A stretch of 64,000 bases of DNA, taken from positions 72,073-136,072 of the forward strand of contig JALHMR010000002.1 in the NCBI GenBank assembly GCA_022843945.1, read 5' to 3'. The notes under the pieces were generated by a model, which worked only from the letters and a program-made list of their open reading frames with translations, was not told the origin of the DNA and ran no database searches. The stretch comes from Rhodospirillaceae bacterium. Lineage in GTDB: Bacteria; Pseudomonadota; Alphaproteobacteria; CACIAM-22H2. Positions 30,627 through 40,082 of this stretch are shown piece by piece. The translations under genes were made by a program, and so were the position numbers. Positions within the stretch are counted from its first letter, which is position 1, and the number at the start of each line of letters is the position of its first letter.

Positions 30627-32135
30627 ATGAACAGCCGCGCGCCGACGCCGACCCCGACCCCGACTCTTACACCGACCAGGACCACCCGCATCAAGAGCGC
30701 CGCCTGGGTCATCGCCTGGGATGCCGGGGAGAAGCGTCCGGTCTATCGCCGCGACATCGACGTGGTGTTTCGCGGCAACCTGATCGTGGCGGTGGGTGGC
30801 GAGTACCGGGAGCCGGTCGACGAGACGGTGGACGGGCGCCGCTATCTGGTGATGCCGGGCCTGGTCGACGTCCACTCGCACGCCATGTCGGAGAATGCCG
30901 GGCGCGGCGTCACCGAGGAACTGGGCAATCCCCAGCTCTATATGAGCGGGCTGTTCGACCTCAAGCCGCCGTTCCTGATCGGCCATTCGATGGCCAAGTC
31001 CGCCGAAACCGCTGAGAGCCTGCGCGCCGCCAACGAGGTGGCGATGGCCGAGCTGCTGATGTCCGGCGTCACCACTATCGCCGATCTCGGCATGCCCTAC
31101 GAAGGCTGGGCCGATACGCTCGCTGGCTCCGGCATCCGCGCCGTGCTCGCGCCGATGTACCGCTCGGCCAAGTGGGTGGTGCGCACCGGCCATTCGGTCG
31201 AATACGACTGGGACGAGAAGGCCGGCGAGCAGGCCATGCGCGAGGCGCTGGAGCTCATCGACCGGGCCAACCAGCATCCCAGCGGCCGGATCACCGGCAT
31301 GGTCTCGCCGGCCCAGGTCGATACCTGCAGCAAGGAGCTGCTGCTCGACTCGCTCGCCGAGGCCAAGCGCCGCGACCTGCCGGTGACCCTGCATTGCGGC
31401 CAGGCGGTATGGGAATTCCTCGAGATGACCCGCCGGCACGGCAAGACGCCGGTGCAGTGGCTGGGCGATATCGGCTTCCTTTCGGAGCGCACGCTGCTGG
31501 CCCATGCCATCTTCATCGACACACACTCCTGGCTGCGCTGGCATACGAAGCGGGACGTGTCGCTGCTGGCCGAGACCGGGACCAGCGTCGCCCATTGCCC
31601 GACCGTGTTCTCGCGCTACGGCCAGATGATGGAGAATGTCGGCGCCTATATCCGCGCCGGGGTGAATGTCGCCATCGGCACCGACACCCAGCCGCACAAC
31701 ATGTTGGAGGAGCTGCGCAACGCGCTGATCCTCGGGCGCATCGCCGCCGAGGACGTGACCGCGGTGAACGCGGCCGAGATCTTCGCCGCTGCGACATCCG
31801 CGGGCGCGCGCGCCCTGCTGCGCGACGACATCGGCCGCATCGCGGTCGGCGCCAAGGCCGATCTGGTGCTGGTCGACCTCGAGGAGCCGACCATGATGCC
31901 CGCGCGAGACCCTTTGCGGAGTCTTCTGTTCACCTCGGCCGAGCGCGCGGTGCGCGAGGTCTATATCGATGGCGTGCGCGTCGTGGCTGACGGCGAGCCG
32001 CTCTTCGTCGACCGGCACAAATCGGCCGCGCGGCTGGCCCGGGCGCAGGCCGAGATCATCTCGGCGGTGTCGCAGACCGACCTCCGCAAGCGCCGGCCGG
32101 AAGCCATCTCGCCGCTCACCCTGCCGCTGGCTTGA
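30627..32135 (+). CDS. Amidohydrolase-family enzyme (chlorohydrolase / aminohydrolase / deaminase, SsnA/TRZ-ATZ-like)
   Basis: VDVHSHAM metal-binding HxH motif and LHCGQ/HxxE downstream motifs. The unusual N-terminal PTPTPTPTLTPT leader is encoded by a CCGACC-type microsatellite at about 30645-30680. Confidence 0.8.
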   Translation: MNSRAPTPTPTPTLTPTRTTRIKSAAWVIAWDAGEKRPVYRRDIDVVFRGNLIVAVGGEYREPVDETVDGRRYLVMPGLVDVHSHAMSENAGRGVTEELGNPQLYMSGLFDLKPPFLIGHSMAKSAETAESLRAANEVAMAELLMSGVTTIADLGMPYEGWADTLAGSGIRAVLAPMYRSAKWVVRTGHSVEYDWDEKAGEQAMREALELIDRANQHPSGRITGMVSPAQVDTCSKELLLDSLAEAKRRDLPVTLHCGQAVWEFLEMTRRHGKTPVQWLGDIGFLSERTLLAHAIFIDTHSWLRWHTKRDVSLLAETGTSVAHCPTVFSRYGQMMENVGAYIRAGVNVAIGTDTQPHNMLEELRNALILGRIAAEDVTAVNAAEIFAAATSAGARALLRDDIGRIAVGAKADLVLVDLEEPTMMPARDPLRSLLFTSAERAVREVYIDGVRVVADGEPLFVDRHKSAARLARAQAEIISAVSQTDLRKRRPEAISPLTLPLA

Positions 32136-32174
32136 TGTCTTCCCCTCTCCTCTTAGAGGGTAGGGTGAGGAGGC
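32136..32174. repeat. Degenerate REP-like hairpin between convergent genes
   Basis: CTCCTC-ttagagggtagggt-GAGGAG. It shares the CCCTCTCC core with the 44.5-kb copy. Confidence 0.3.
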
Positions 32175-32879
32175 CTATTCCGCCGCGCGGGCGCCGACGC
32201 TGGCTTCGAGCAGGGCGATGGTCTCATCGACCGTCCGTACGTCGCCGAAGGACTGGATGAAGGCGTTGAGCGTGGCGACATGGTTGGCCTCGACGCGCGA
32301 CGCGTTGGCGTCGGAGACCATTACCGTCTTGAAGCCGAGTTGCATGGCATCGCGGGCCGAGGATTCGCAGCAGACATGGGTGAGGGTGCCGGCGATCAGC
32401 ACGGTGTCGGCGCCACGCTGATGCAGCCAGGCCTCGATATCGGAGGAGCCTCGGGTGAAACAGCTGAAGCGGTACTTGTCGAAGACATGATCGCCAGCCT
32501 GCGCCTCCATGCCGGCGGCCAGGGCGTGGCCGGGGGCGCCGGGCCGCAGGGTGGCGATCACCGTCTCGGCCACCGGCTCGGACACCGCGTAACCGAAGAA
32601 GGTGTTCCAGCCGCCGTCCTTCGCGCCGGTGAAGCTGGCGCGCGACCAGGCGACGCTGCCGCCGGCGCGGCGCACCGCCGCCGCCAGCCGGTTCACCGCC
32701 GGCACGATGGCGCGCGCCGCCGGCACGTAAGACGGCGTGCCGGGATCGACGAAGGCCGACTGCATGTCGATGACGATCAGCGCCGTGCGCCGGGCGTCGA
32801 GACTCTCGTAGGCGTGCAGGCGTCCGCGGCGCTTTTCCAGGAGCGTGCGGACCTCGGGCCAGAACAGGGTGTCGCTCAT
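32175..32879 (-). CDS. Isochorismatase-family cysteine hydrolase
   Basis: ALIVIDMQSAF motif (Asp-Lys-Cys triad context) and VCCESSARDA with the catalytic Cys. Confidence 0.85.
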   Translation of the reverse strand: MSDTLFWPEVRTLLEKRRGRLHAYESLDARRTALIVIDMQSAFVDPGTPSYVPAARAIVPAVNRLAAAVRRAGGSVAWSRASFTGAKDGGWNTFFGYAVSEPVAETVIATLRPGAPGHALAAGMEAQAGDHVFDKYRFSCFTRGSSDIEAWLHQRGADTVLIAGTLTHVCCESSARDAMQLGFKTVMVSDANASRVEANHVATLNAFIQSFGDVRTVDETIALLEASVGARAAE

Positions 32880-34114
32880 GGGTTTGCCTTTGCTCGCTCC
32901 AGGATGGCGTGCAGCAGGACGTTGGCGCCGGCGGTCAGGTCCTCCGGCGTCGCGTCCTCGATCTCGTTGTGGCTGATGCCGTCGCGGCAGGGCACGAAGA
33001 TCATGCCGGTGGGTGCGACCTTGGCCATGTAGACGGCATCGTGACCGGCCCCGCTGACGATGTCGCGGTGGCTATAGCCGAGCTGCGTCGTCGCCTGGCG
33101 CACGGCGTTGACGCAATCGTCGGCGAAGGGTGTGGGCGCGAAATACCAGAAGTCCTTGATCTCGACCTCGACCTTCGCCGCCTCGGCGATGACCTTGCAC
33201 TCGGCGTGCAGCGCCTCGTGCATCTGGGTGAGGGTGGCATCGATGGGATGACGGAAGTCGACGGTGAAAAAGACCTTGCCGGGGATGGTGTTGCGCGAGT
33301 TGGGCGACACCTGCATGAAGCCGACCGTGGCGCAGGCCAATGGCGCGAACTTGTGGCCGATGCGGTTCACGGCATCGACCATGCGTGAGGCGGCGACCAG
33401 CGCGTCGCGGCGGCGCGGCATCGGCGTGGGGCCGGCATGGGCCTCCTGACCGGTGACGAAGATCTCATACCAGCGCTGCCCTTGCGCGGCGGTGACCACG
33501 CCGATCGTCTTCTTTTCGGCTTCGAGAATCGGGCCCTGCTCGATATGCGCCTCGAAATAGGCGCCCACCTCGCGGCCGCTGAGCTGGTCTTTGCCGGCAT
33601 AACCGATGCGCTTGAGCTCGTCACCCATGGTCTTGTTGTCGATGTCTTTTTTGGCCAGCGCCTCGTCGAGCGCGAAGACGCCGGCATAGACGCCCGAGCC
33701 GACCATGGCGGGCGAGAAACGCGAGCCTTCCTCGTTGGTCCAGGCGACGACCTCGACCGGCGCCTGCGTGGTGATGCCCAAGTCGTTGAGCGTGCGGATG
33801 ACTTCGAGCCCCGCGAGCACGCCGTAGGCGCCGTCGAACTTGCCGCCGGTGGGCTGTGAATCGAGATGGCTGCCGGTGACGATCGGCGGCTGCGAATTAT
33901 CCTTGCCGGCGCGCCGGGCGAAAATATTGCCAATCGGATCAACGCTGATCGTGCAGCCGGCGTCCTTGCACCAGCGGATGAACAGGTCGCGGCCCTGGCG
34001 ATCGAGATCGGTGAGGGCGAGGCGGCAGACGCCGCCTTTTTCGGTGGCGCCGATTTTCGCCAGCTCCATCAGGCTCTGCCACAGCCGGTCGCCATCGATC
34101 TTGAGGTTTTGCAT
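32876..34114 (-). CDS. M20-family Zn-dependent hydrolase (allantoate amidohydrolase / N-carbamoyl-L-amino-acid hydrolase type)
   Basis: AllC/AmaB-like sequence (GSHLDSQPTGGKFDGAYGV, WTNEEGSRF). Start at the internal Met 34114 (MQNLKIDGDRLW). The 228-aa leader in the track is a GC artefact. ATGA overlap with the downstream isochorismatase gene. Confidence 0.85.
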   Translation of the reverse strand: MQNLKIDGDRLWQSLMELAKIGATEKGGVCRLALTDLDRQGRDLFIRWCKDAGCTISVDPIGNIFARRAGKDNSQPPIVTGSHLDSQPTGGKFDGAYGVLAGLEVIRTLNDLGITTQAPVEVVAWTNEEGSRFSPAMVGSGVYAGVFALDEALAKKDIDNKTMGDELKRIGYAGKDQLSGREVGAYFEAHIEQGPILEAEKKTIGVVTAAQGQRWYEIFVTGQEAHAGPTPMPRRRDALVAASRMVDAVNRIGHKFAPLACATVGFMQVSPNSRNTIPGKVFFTVDFRHPIDATLTQMHEALHAECKVIAEAAKVEVEIKDFWYFAPTPFADDCVNAVRQATTQLGYSHRDIVSGAGHDAVYMAKVAPTGMIFVPCRDGISHNEIEDATPEDLTAGANVLLHAILERAKANP

Positions 34115-34165
34115 CGCCTCGTGCTCTGTTGTTTTCACGTGAAACAATAGCACCGGGCGGAACCC

Positions 34166-34951
34166 ATGTCCTTGGAAGCAATCGATTTCAGCCGCCTCGG
34201 GCCCGTACCCGGCAAGCGGCTGCTGGTGGTTGGCGGCTGCGGCGGCATTGGCCGCGTGCTGGTCAAGGCGGCGCTGGAGACCGGCCTCAAAGTCGCGGTT
34301 TTCGACGTGCCGATTGCCATCGAGCAGCACCGGCCCCCCGCCGAGGCCGTGGCCGAAGAGCTCGACGCCACCAAGGCCGACGCGGTGACCGAAGCCTTTA
34401 CCGCCCTCGACCGCCAATGGGGCGGGCTCGACCACCTGGTGAACCTCGCAGGCTTCACCAATGCCCGCGTGCCGCTCACCGAGATCGGCCCCGAGGAGTT
34501 CGACGCCATCCACGCCGCCAGTCTGCGCAGCACCTACCTGGTGGCGCATGCGGCCCTGCCGCGGCTCAAGGCGGGCGGCGGCGGCAGCATCGTCCACACC
34601 GCCTCGGGCCTGGCGACCCGCGTGCTGCCGGGTTTTGCGCCCTATGCCGCGGCCAAGGCGGGCGTCATCGCCCTGACCAAGGCGATCGCCGTGGAAAATG
34701 CACCGACGATCCGCGCCAACACGGTCGCGCCGGGCGCCACCGATACCGAGTTCCTGCGCGGCGGCACGGGCCGCGCCCCGACCCATGGCGGCGAGCGCCA
34801 CGTGGACGCCAATGCGGTGAAAATGACCCCCATGGGCCGCCTCGGCCAGCCGGAAGACGTGGTGGGCCCGATTCTCTTTCTGCTGGGCCCGGCCTCGCGC
34901 TTCATGACCGGCCAGACGCTCTACATCAATGGCGGGGGCCTAACGCCCTGA
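34166..34951 (+). CDS. SDR-family oxidoreductase
   Basis: VVGGCGGIG Rossmann motif, YAAAKAG catalytic YxxxK, and NTVAPGATDT. Confidence 0.85.
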   Translation: MSLEAIDFSRLGPVPGKRLLVVGGCGGIGRVLVKAALETGLKVAVFDVPIAIEQHRPPAEAVAEELDATKADAVTEAFTALDRQWGGLDHLVNLAGFTNARVPLTEIGPEEFDAIHAASLRSTYLVAHAALPRLKAGGGGSIVHTASGLATRVLPGFAPYAAAKAGVIALTKAIAVENAPTIRANTVAPGATDTEFLRGGTGRAPTHGGERHVDANAVKMTPMGRLGQPEDVVGPILFLLGPASRFMTGQTLYINGGGLTP

Positions 34952-35061
34952 AACCAGCCCCTTAACCCCCCTTTAACGTTATGGAACTACAACCTTTTTC
35001 GGACCCTTCCGACTAAGGTAGTACTGGGCGCCCGGCGCCCCAACCATGATGTGTTTCGATC

Positions 35062-36672
35062 GTGCCTGGACTGGCGGACGCCGTGGCTGAAGCGTGCGTC
35101 CTTGCTGTTGATGTCGGCTCGACGACGGCGCGCGCCGCGGTCGTCGACATTGACGGCCGCATGCTGTCCTCGGCCAGCGAGCCCTTCTCCACCAACCGTC
35201 CGGCTCCCAATCATGCCGAGCATGACTCGGAGGAGATCTGGCGCGCCGTCTCGGCGGCCTCCCGTCGTGCCGTAACCGGCGTCCAGGGGCGGGCGATCTC
35301 GGGCGTGGCCTTCGACGCGACGTGCTCGCTGGTCATGCTCGGCCACGGCGGCAGCCCGGTCACCGTCTCGACCACGGGCGACGATCGCTGGAACGTCGTG
35401 ATGTGGGCGGACCATCGCGCGACGCGCGAAGCGGAAGAGATCACCGAGGGCCGCCACCGCGCGCTTGATTATGTCGGCGGTACCATGTCGCCCGAGATGG
35501 AGCTGCCGAAGCTGCTCTGGCTGAAGCGCAACCTGCCCCAGGCCTGGTCGCGCTACGGCCTGGCCTTCGACCTTGCGGACTTCCTCACCTGGCGCGCCAC
35601 CGGCGTCTTCGCCGCCTCGGCCTGCACCATCACCTGCAAGTGGACCTACCTCAACCACCAGAAGACCGGCTGGCAGATCGACCTGCTGGAGCAGATCGGC
35701 CTCGCCGACATGCTGCCGCGGCTGCATCTGCCGCAGCGCGCCATGCAGCTCGGCACGACGGTCGGCGGCCTGACGGTGCGCGCCGCCGCCGATCTTGGCC
35801 TGTCTCCGGGCACCCCGGTCGGTGTCGGCCTGATCGACGCGCATGCCGGCGGGCTTGGCGTTCTGGCCGGCGTGCCCACCGAGCAGCTCAACCAGCGGCT
35901 GGCGGTGATCGCCGGCACCTCGACCTGCCACATGGCCATCTCGCCGGATCCGCGGCCGGTGCCGGGCATCTGGGGCCCTTATTTCGGCGCCATGCTGCCC
36001 AATCTCTGGCTCAACGAGGGCGGGCAGTCCGCCACCGGCGCCTTGCTCGACCATATCCTCGAATGGCATGTCGAAGGCCGCAACCTCGGTCCCGACCCGC
36101 ACGAACGCCTGGGCCAGTACATCATGCAGAAGCGCGCCGAGAACGGCGCAAGCTATGCCAGCGATGTCGTGGTGCTGCCTGACTTCCGCGGCAACCGTTC
36201 GCCGCTCGCCGATTCAGGCTTGCGCGGCGTGATCCACGGCCTCGATCTCGACTCCTCGCTCGACAGCCTGGCGCGCATCTATCACGCGGCGATCGTCGGC
36301 CTGGGCTACGGCACGCGCCACATCATCGATGAGCTCAACCGCCACGGCTATCGTATCGGCCGCCTGCATCTGACCGGCGGCCATTCGAAGAGCGCCCTGA
36401 TGATGCAGCTCTACGCCAACGCCACGGGCTGCGACATCGCCCTGCCGCGCGAGGCCGATGGCGTGCTGCTGGGGACGAGCCTGGCCGCGGCGACGGCCGC
36501 CGGTCTCTATCCGGACCTGCGCGCCGCGGGCCGCGCCATGGTCCACGAGAGCAAGGTCGTCCAGCCGGAGCCTGGCGCCATGGCGGTTCACGCCCGCGGC
36601 TACAGCGCTTTCCGCATGATGATCGAGCAGCGCAAGGACGTCGTCGCCGCCCTGTCCCGCGACTTCCGCTAA
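35062..36672 (+). CDS. FGGY-family carbohydrate kinase (pentulose/ribulokinase-like)
   Basis: N-terminal LAVDVGSTTARAAVVD and C-terminal HLTGGHSKSALMMQLYAN are FGGY sugar-kinase signatures. GTG start. Confidence 0.85.
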   Translation: MPGLADAVAEACVLAVDVGSTTARAAVVDIDGRMLSSASEPFSTNRPAPNHAEHDSEEIWRAVSAASRRAVTGVQGRAISGVAFDATCSLVMLGHGGSPVTVSTTGDDRWNVVMWADHRATREAEEITEGRHRALDYVGGTMSPEMELPKLLWLKRNLPQAWSRYGLAFDLADFLTWRATGVFAASACTITCKWTYLNHQKTGWQIDLLEQIGLADMLPRLHLPQRAMQLGTTVGGLTVRAAADLGLSPGTPVGVGLIDAHAGGLGVLAGVPTEQLNQRLAVIAGTSTCHMAISPDPRPVPGIWGPYFGAMLPNLWLNEGGQSATGALLDHILEWHVEGRNLGPDPHERLGQYIMQKRAENGASYASDVVVLPDFRGNRSPLADSGLRGVIHGLDLDSSLDSLARIYHAAIVGLGYGTRHIIDELNRHGYRIGRLHLTGGHSKSALMMQLYANATGCDIALPREADGVLLGTSLAAATAAGLYPDLRAAGRAMVHESKVVQPEPGAMAVHARGYSAFRMMIEQRKDVVAALSRDFR

Positions 36673-37628
36673 CCCCGCAGCCGGCCCAGGCGCGCCAGCG
36701 CCGTGTCGCATTCCTCGACCAGCCGCCGCACGAGCTCGCCGGCCGGGGGCAGGTCATCGATCAGGCCGATGCCCTGGCCGACCTCCACCTTGCCCTCGTC
36801 TATGTTGCCTTCCAGGGCCGCCAGCTTGAGCGAGCTCGATTTGAAAATTTTCTCGCGCTCTTCCTTCGGCGCGGCCGCCATCTCGGCCGCGGCATAGCGC
36901 TCGGCGAAACTGTTCTTGAGCATGCGGATGACGCCGAGGCCGCGGCCGACCAGCGCCGTGTCATCGACCTCGGCCTGCAGGAGGCGTTCCTTGTAGGCGG
37001 CATGCACGCCGGCTTCCTGCGTCATCAGGAAGCGCGTGCCGAGCTGCGCGCCGTCGCAACCCAGCGCCAGCACGGCGGCGATGCCCGCGCCGTCGGCAAT
37101 ACCGCCCGAGGCCACGACGGGCAGGTGAGGGACGGCCGCCACCACGCGGCGCGCCAGAACCAGCGTGCCGACCTCGTTGGGCGGCGGATGGCCGCCGGCT
37201 TCGGAGCCGACGACGATCAGGCCGTCGACCCCCGCCGCCGCGGCCTTCTCGGCATGCGAGGGCGCGGCCACGACGTGCAGGCATTTCCGGCCGCCGGCCT
37301 TGAATCGCTCGATGTATTTCTGCGGGCCGCCCTGGGCCGCCATCAGGATCGGCACCTCTTCCTCGAAGATGATGTCGAGGATGAGGTCGGCCTGGTTGCG
37401 ATAGAGCGGCACGTTGACCGCATAGGGCCGGTTGGTGCGCTCCTTGACGAAGCGGATGGCGGCGCGCAGGGCATCGGGATACATCGGCCCGGCGCCGATC
37501 ACGCCGAGCGCACCGGCCTGCGACACGGCGAGCGCCAGCTCCGGACCGGCCGCCCAGCTCATGCCGCCCTGGATGATCGGATGCTCGATGCCGAGAAGCT
37601 CGGTGAGGCGGGTGCGCAGGCGGGTCAT
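36669..37628 (-). CDS. Nitronate monooxygenase (NMO, 2-nitropropane dioxygenase family; FMN TIM-barrel)
   Basis: HPIIQGGMSW and the NMO fold. Start at the internal Met 37628 (MTRLRTRL). The 88-aa leader in the track runs through the repeat region and is spurious. Confidence 0.8.
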   Translation of the reverse strand: MTRLRTRLTELLGIEHPIIQGGMSWAAGPELALAVSQAGALGVIGAGPMYPDALRAAIRFVKERTNRPYAVNVPLYRNQADLILDIIFEEEVPILMAAQGGPQKYIERFKAGGRKCLHVVAAPSHAEKAAAAGVDGLIVVGSEAGGHPPPNEVGTLVLARRVVAAVPHLPVVASGGIADGAGIAAVLALGCDGAQLGTRFLMTQEAGVHAAYKERLLQAEVDDTALVGRGLGVIRMLKNSFAERYAAAEMAAAPKEEREKIFKSSSLKLAALEGNIDEGKVEVGQGIGLIDDLPPAGELVRRLVEECDTALARLGRLRG

Positions 37629-37960
37629 CGTCTTTATCTTGTCATGCCCGGGCTCCGACCCACGGCTGTCCGGTTTACGAATTTCGGTTGCACGCGAGCA
37701 GCGGAAAGACTCGTAAAGGTCGTCATGGCCGTGCTCGTCACGGCCATCCACGTGTTTTTGGCCGGCGGAGAAGACCGTGGATGGCCGGCCTTCGCCGGCC
37801 ATGACGATTGTTGCTGGTTTGTGCGTTGCGATTGAATCGCGGCGGTTGCGACAAAGGCTAAACCGGACAGCCGTGGGCTCCGACCCGGGCATCCATCGCG
37901 CCGCTGAACCATGGATCGCCGGGTCAAGCCCGGCGATGACATTAGAAAGAACCTCATAGG
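37629..37960. repeat. Composite repeat-only spacer inside a minus-strand operon: inverted elements, an 88-bp cruciform, and a PGHD-type unit
   Basis: GCCCGGGCTCCGACCCACGGCTGTCCGGTTT at 37644-37675 versus AAACCGGACAGCCGTGGGCTCCGACCCGGGC at 37858-37892. Long hairpin TCGTCATGGCCG...CACGGCCATCCACG...CGTGGATGGCCGG...CGGCCATGACGA at 37720-37807. GATCGCCGGGTCAAGCCCGGCGATGAC at 37914-37940. Confidence 0.55.
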
Positions 37961-37961
37961 G

Positions 37962-38714
37962 TCATTCTTTGCGCTTCTTGAAGGCCTCGACGCCCGCACT
38001 CCATTCCTTGCCGGCCAGGTTCTCCTCCACCGCTTCCTGCTCGAGCGCGATGCCGCGTTCGAGCGTCGTCTGCATGCCCTGATCGATGCAGCGCTTGGCG
38101 AGCTTCATGGCCAGCGGCGGCGCCTTGGCGATCTGCGCGGCCAGCGCCCGCGCGTCGTCCCAGAGCGAAGCGGAAGGTACGACGCGGTTGACCAGTCCGA
38201 TGGCCTTGGCTTCGTCGGCGAGGATCGCGCGATTGGTGAAGAGCAGTTCCTTGGCCATGGCTTTGCCGGCGAGGCGGGGCAGGCGCTGTGTTGCGCCAAC
38301 CGTGCCCCATTGCGCCTCGGGATAGCGGAACGAGGCCTTGTCCGAGGCCCAGATGAAATCGCAGATCGCCGCGATCTCGCAGCCTGAGCCGGCGGCCGGC
38401 CCGTCGACGATGGCGACCATGGGAATGCGGATCGACGCCAGCGCCTCGTAGGCGGCGTAGGAGCGTTTGCGGCGCTCGCGCACCCAATCGGCGTCCTTGT
38501 TCTCCCGCTCCTTGAGATCGGCACCGCCGGAGAAAGCGGGCCCGTTGGCCGCGACCAGAAGCACGCGCAAGCTCGCATCGGCCGCCACCGCTTCAGCCGC
38601 GGCCTTGAGGTCGTCGCACATCTGCATGTTGAGGGCGTTGCGCTGATCCGGCCGGTTGAGGGTCAGAGTGGCGATGGGGCCCTGGATGTCGAGCAGAACG
38701 GTCGCATACGTCAT
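37962..38714 (-). CDS. Enoyl-CoA hydratase/isomerase (crotonase) family protein
   Basis: Oxyanion-hole segments (AFSGGADL; GPAAGSGCEIAAICD). Confidence 0.85.
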   Translation of the reverse strand: MTYATVLLDIQGPIATLTLNRPDQRNALNMQMCDDLKAAAEAVAADASLRVLLVAANGPAFSGGADLKERENKDADWVRERRKRSYAAYEALASIRIPMVAIVDGPAAGSGCEIAAICDFIWASDKASFRYPEAQWGTVGATQRLPRLAGKAMAKELLFTNRAILADEAKAIGLVNRVVPSASLWDDARALAAQIAKAPPLAMKLAKRCIDQGMQTTLERGIALEQEAVEENLAGKEWSAGVEAFKKRKE

Positions 38715-39898
38715 TAGATCACTCTCTCCGCGCGCAAGGCGGCGATCTCCTCAGGCTTCAGGCCCAGCATATCGCGCAGCACGTCGTCGGTATGCTCGCC
38801 CAGCACCGGTGGCCGGCCGATCTCCGGGTTCTCGTAGCCGTCATAGCGCAGGGGCAGGCGCAGGGCGGGGAACCTGCCGACCACCGGATGATCGAAGCTG
38901 CCGACGAGGCCACGGGCCTTGGTGTGCTCATCGGCCAGCACCTCGTCGAGCGCGTTCACCGGACCGGCCGGCACGTCGGCTTTCTCCAGCGCCTGGAGCA
39001 GAGGGGCACGGTCGAGCTTGCCGATGGCTTCACGCAACGCCGTCATCACTTCATCGCGGCGCTTCACGCGGGCGGCGTTCTTTCTGAGATCCTCATCGGC
39101 GAGCAGCTTTTCCATACCCAGCGCCTTGAGCAGCGGCTCCCAATGCTGATCGCTGCCGGTGATATGCAGCCAGCGCCCGTCGCGGCATTCGAAGGCGGCC
39201 GACGGCACGCGGCCGGGATGCTCGGTACCGGTGCGCGCCGGCACTTCGCCGAGTGCGAAGTAGCGGGCCGCGGCAATGGTGAGCTGGGCGACCTGGGCGT
39301 CGAACATCGACAGGTCGATGAAGCAGCCGTGGCCGCTCTGCGCCCGCGCCGCAAGGCCGGAGAGGGCGGCGACAGCGATCCACAGGCCCGACGTCAGATC
39401 GGACATCGGCAGGCCGGCCTTCACCGGGCCGCCGCCCGGCTCGCCGGTCAGCGCCATCAGGCCGCTCATCGCCTGGAAGATGGTGTCGTAGCCCTTGCGG
39501 TCGGCATAGGGCCCGGTCTGGCCGAAGCCGGTATTGGCGACGTAAATGGCGCGCGGGTTGACCGCCTTGATGTCGTCGTAGCCGAGGCCCATCGTGGCCA
39601 TGGTGCCGGGCGGAAAGTTCTCGACCACGATATCGGCCTTGGCCGCCAGCTGCCGGGCGATTGCCTGCGCTTTCTTGGATTTGAGATTGAGCGTCAGCGA
39701 GCGCTTGGCCCGGTTGAAGGCGAAGAAATAGCCGCTCTCGTTGCCAATCGTCGGCTCCCATTGGCGGGTTTCGTCGCCGCTGCCGGGGCGCTCGATCTTG
39801 ATCACGGTGGCGCCAAGTTCCGCGAGGATCATGGTCGCCAGCGGCGCCGCCAGCACGCGCGAGAAATCGAGAACGATAAGACCGTCGAGGGGCTTCAT
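38714..39898 (-). CDS. Family III CoA-transferase (CaiB/BaiF/Frc type)
   Basis: LDGLIVLDFSRVLAAP N-terminus and the family-III fold. Start at Met 39898 (MKPLDG). The 48-aa leader in the track translates the upstream REP-like repeat (...SPLLSPPPLRGRVRVGG...). Confidence 0.85.
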   Translation of the reverse strand: MKPLDGLIVLDFSRVLAAPLATMILAELGATVIKIERPGSGDETRQWEPTIGNESGYFFAFNRAKRSLTLNLKSKKAQAIARQLAAKADIVVENFPPGTMATMGLGYDDIKAVNPRAIYVANTGFGQTGPYADRKGYDTIFQAMSGLMALTGEPGGGPVKAGLPMSDLTSGLWIAVAALSGLAARAQSGHGCFIDLSMFDAQVAQLTIAAARYFALGEVPARTGTEHPGRVPSAAFECRDGRWLHITGSDQHWEPLLKALGMEKLLADEDLRKNAARVKRRDEVMTALREAIGKLDRAPLLQALEKADVPAGPVNALDEVLADEHTKARGLVGSFDHPVVGRFPALRLPLRYDGYENPEIGRPPVLGEHTDDVLRDMLGLKPEEIAALRAERVI

Positions 39899-40082
39899 TG
39901 CGAGAGGAGCACCCCCCACCCTAACCCTCCCCCGCAAGGGGGGAGGGGATAAGAGGGGAGAGGGTCCGGAAAATCGCTCTCTCTTACTCCCTCCCCCCAG
40001 TTTTGCTTTCGCGCCCGCCGGCGCTTCGCGGCGGCGCAGCACAAGGCGGGGGAGGGTTGGGGTGGGGGTGGTGAAAACTTGT
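39899..40082. repeat. REP-like hairpin repeat cluster (CCCTCCCCC...GGGGGAGGG family) in an intra-operon spacer
   Basis: CCCTCCCCC-gcaag-GGGGGAGGG, then CCCTCCCCCC...GGGGGAGGG enclosing a GC palindrome (GCGCCCGCCGGCGCTTCGCGGCGGCGC). Confidence 0.55.

Noticed and set aside
39899-40042. N-terminal extensions of the CoA-transferase (48 aa), NMO (88 aa), M20 hydrolase (228 aa), dehydratase (101 aa) and epimerase (42 aa) as given by the ORF track
   Set aside because: The extensions run through repeat elements or have Arg/Pro-rich composition. Conserved family N-termini begin at internal Met codons, which have better RBS context.
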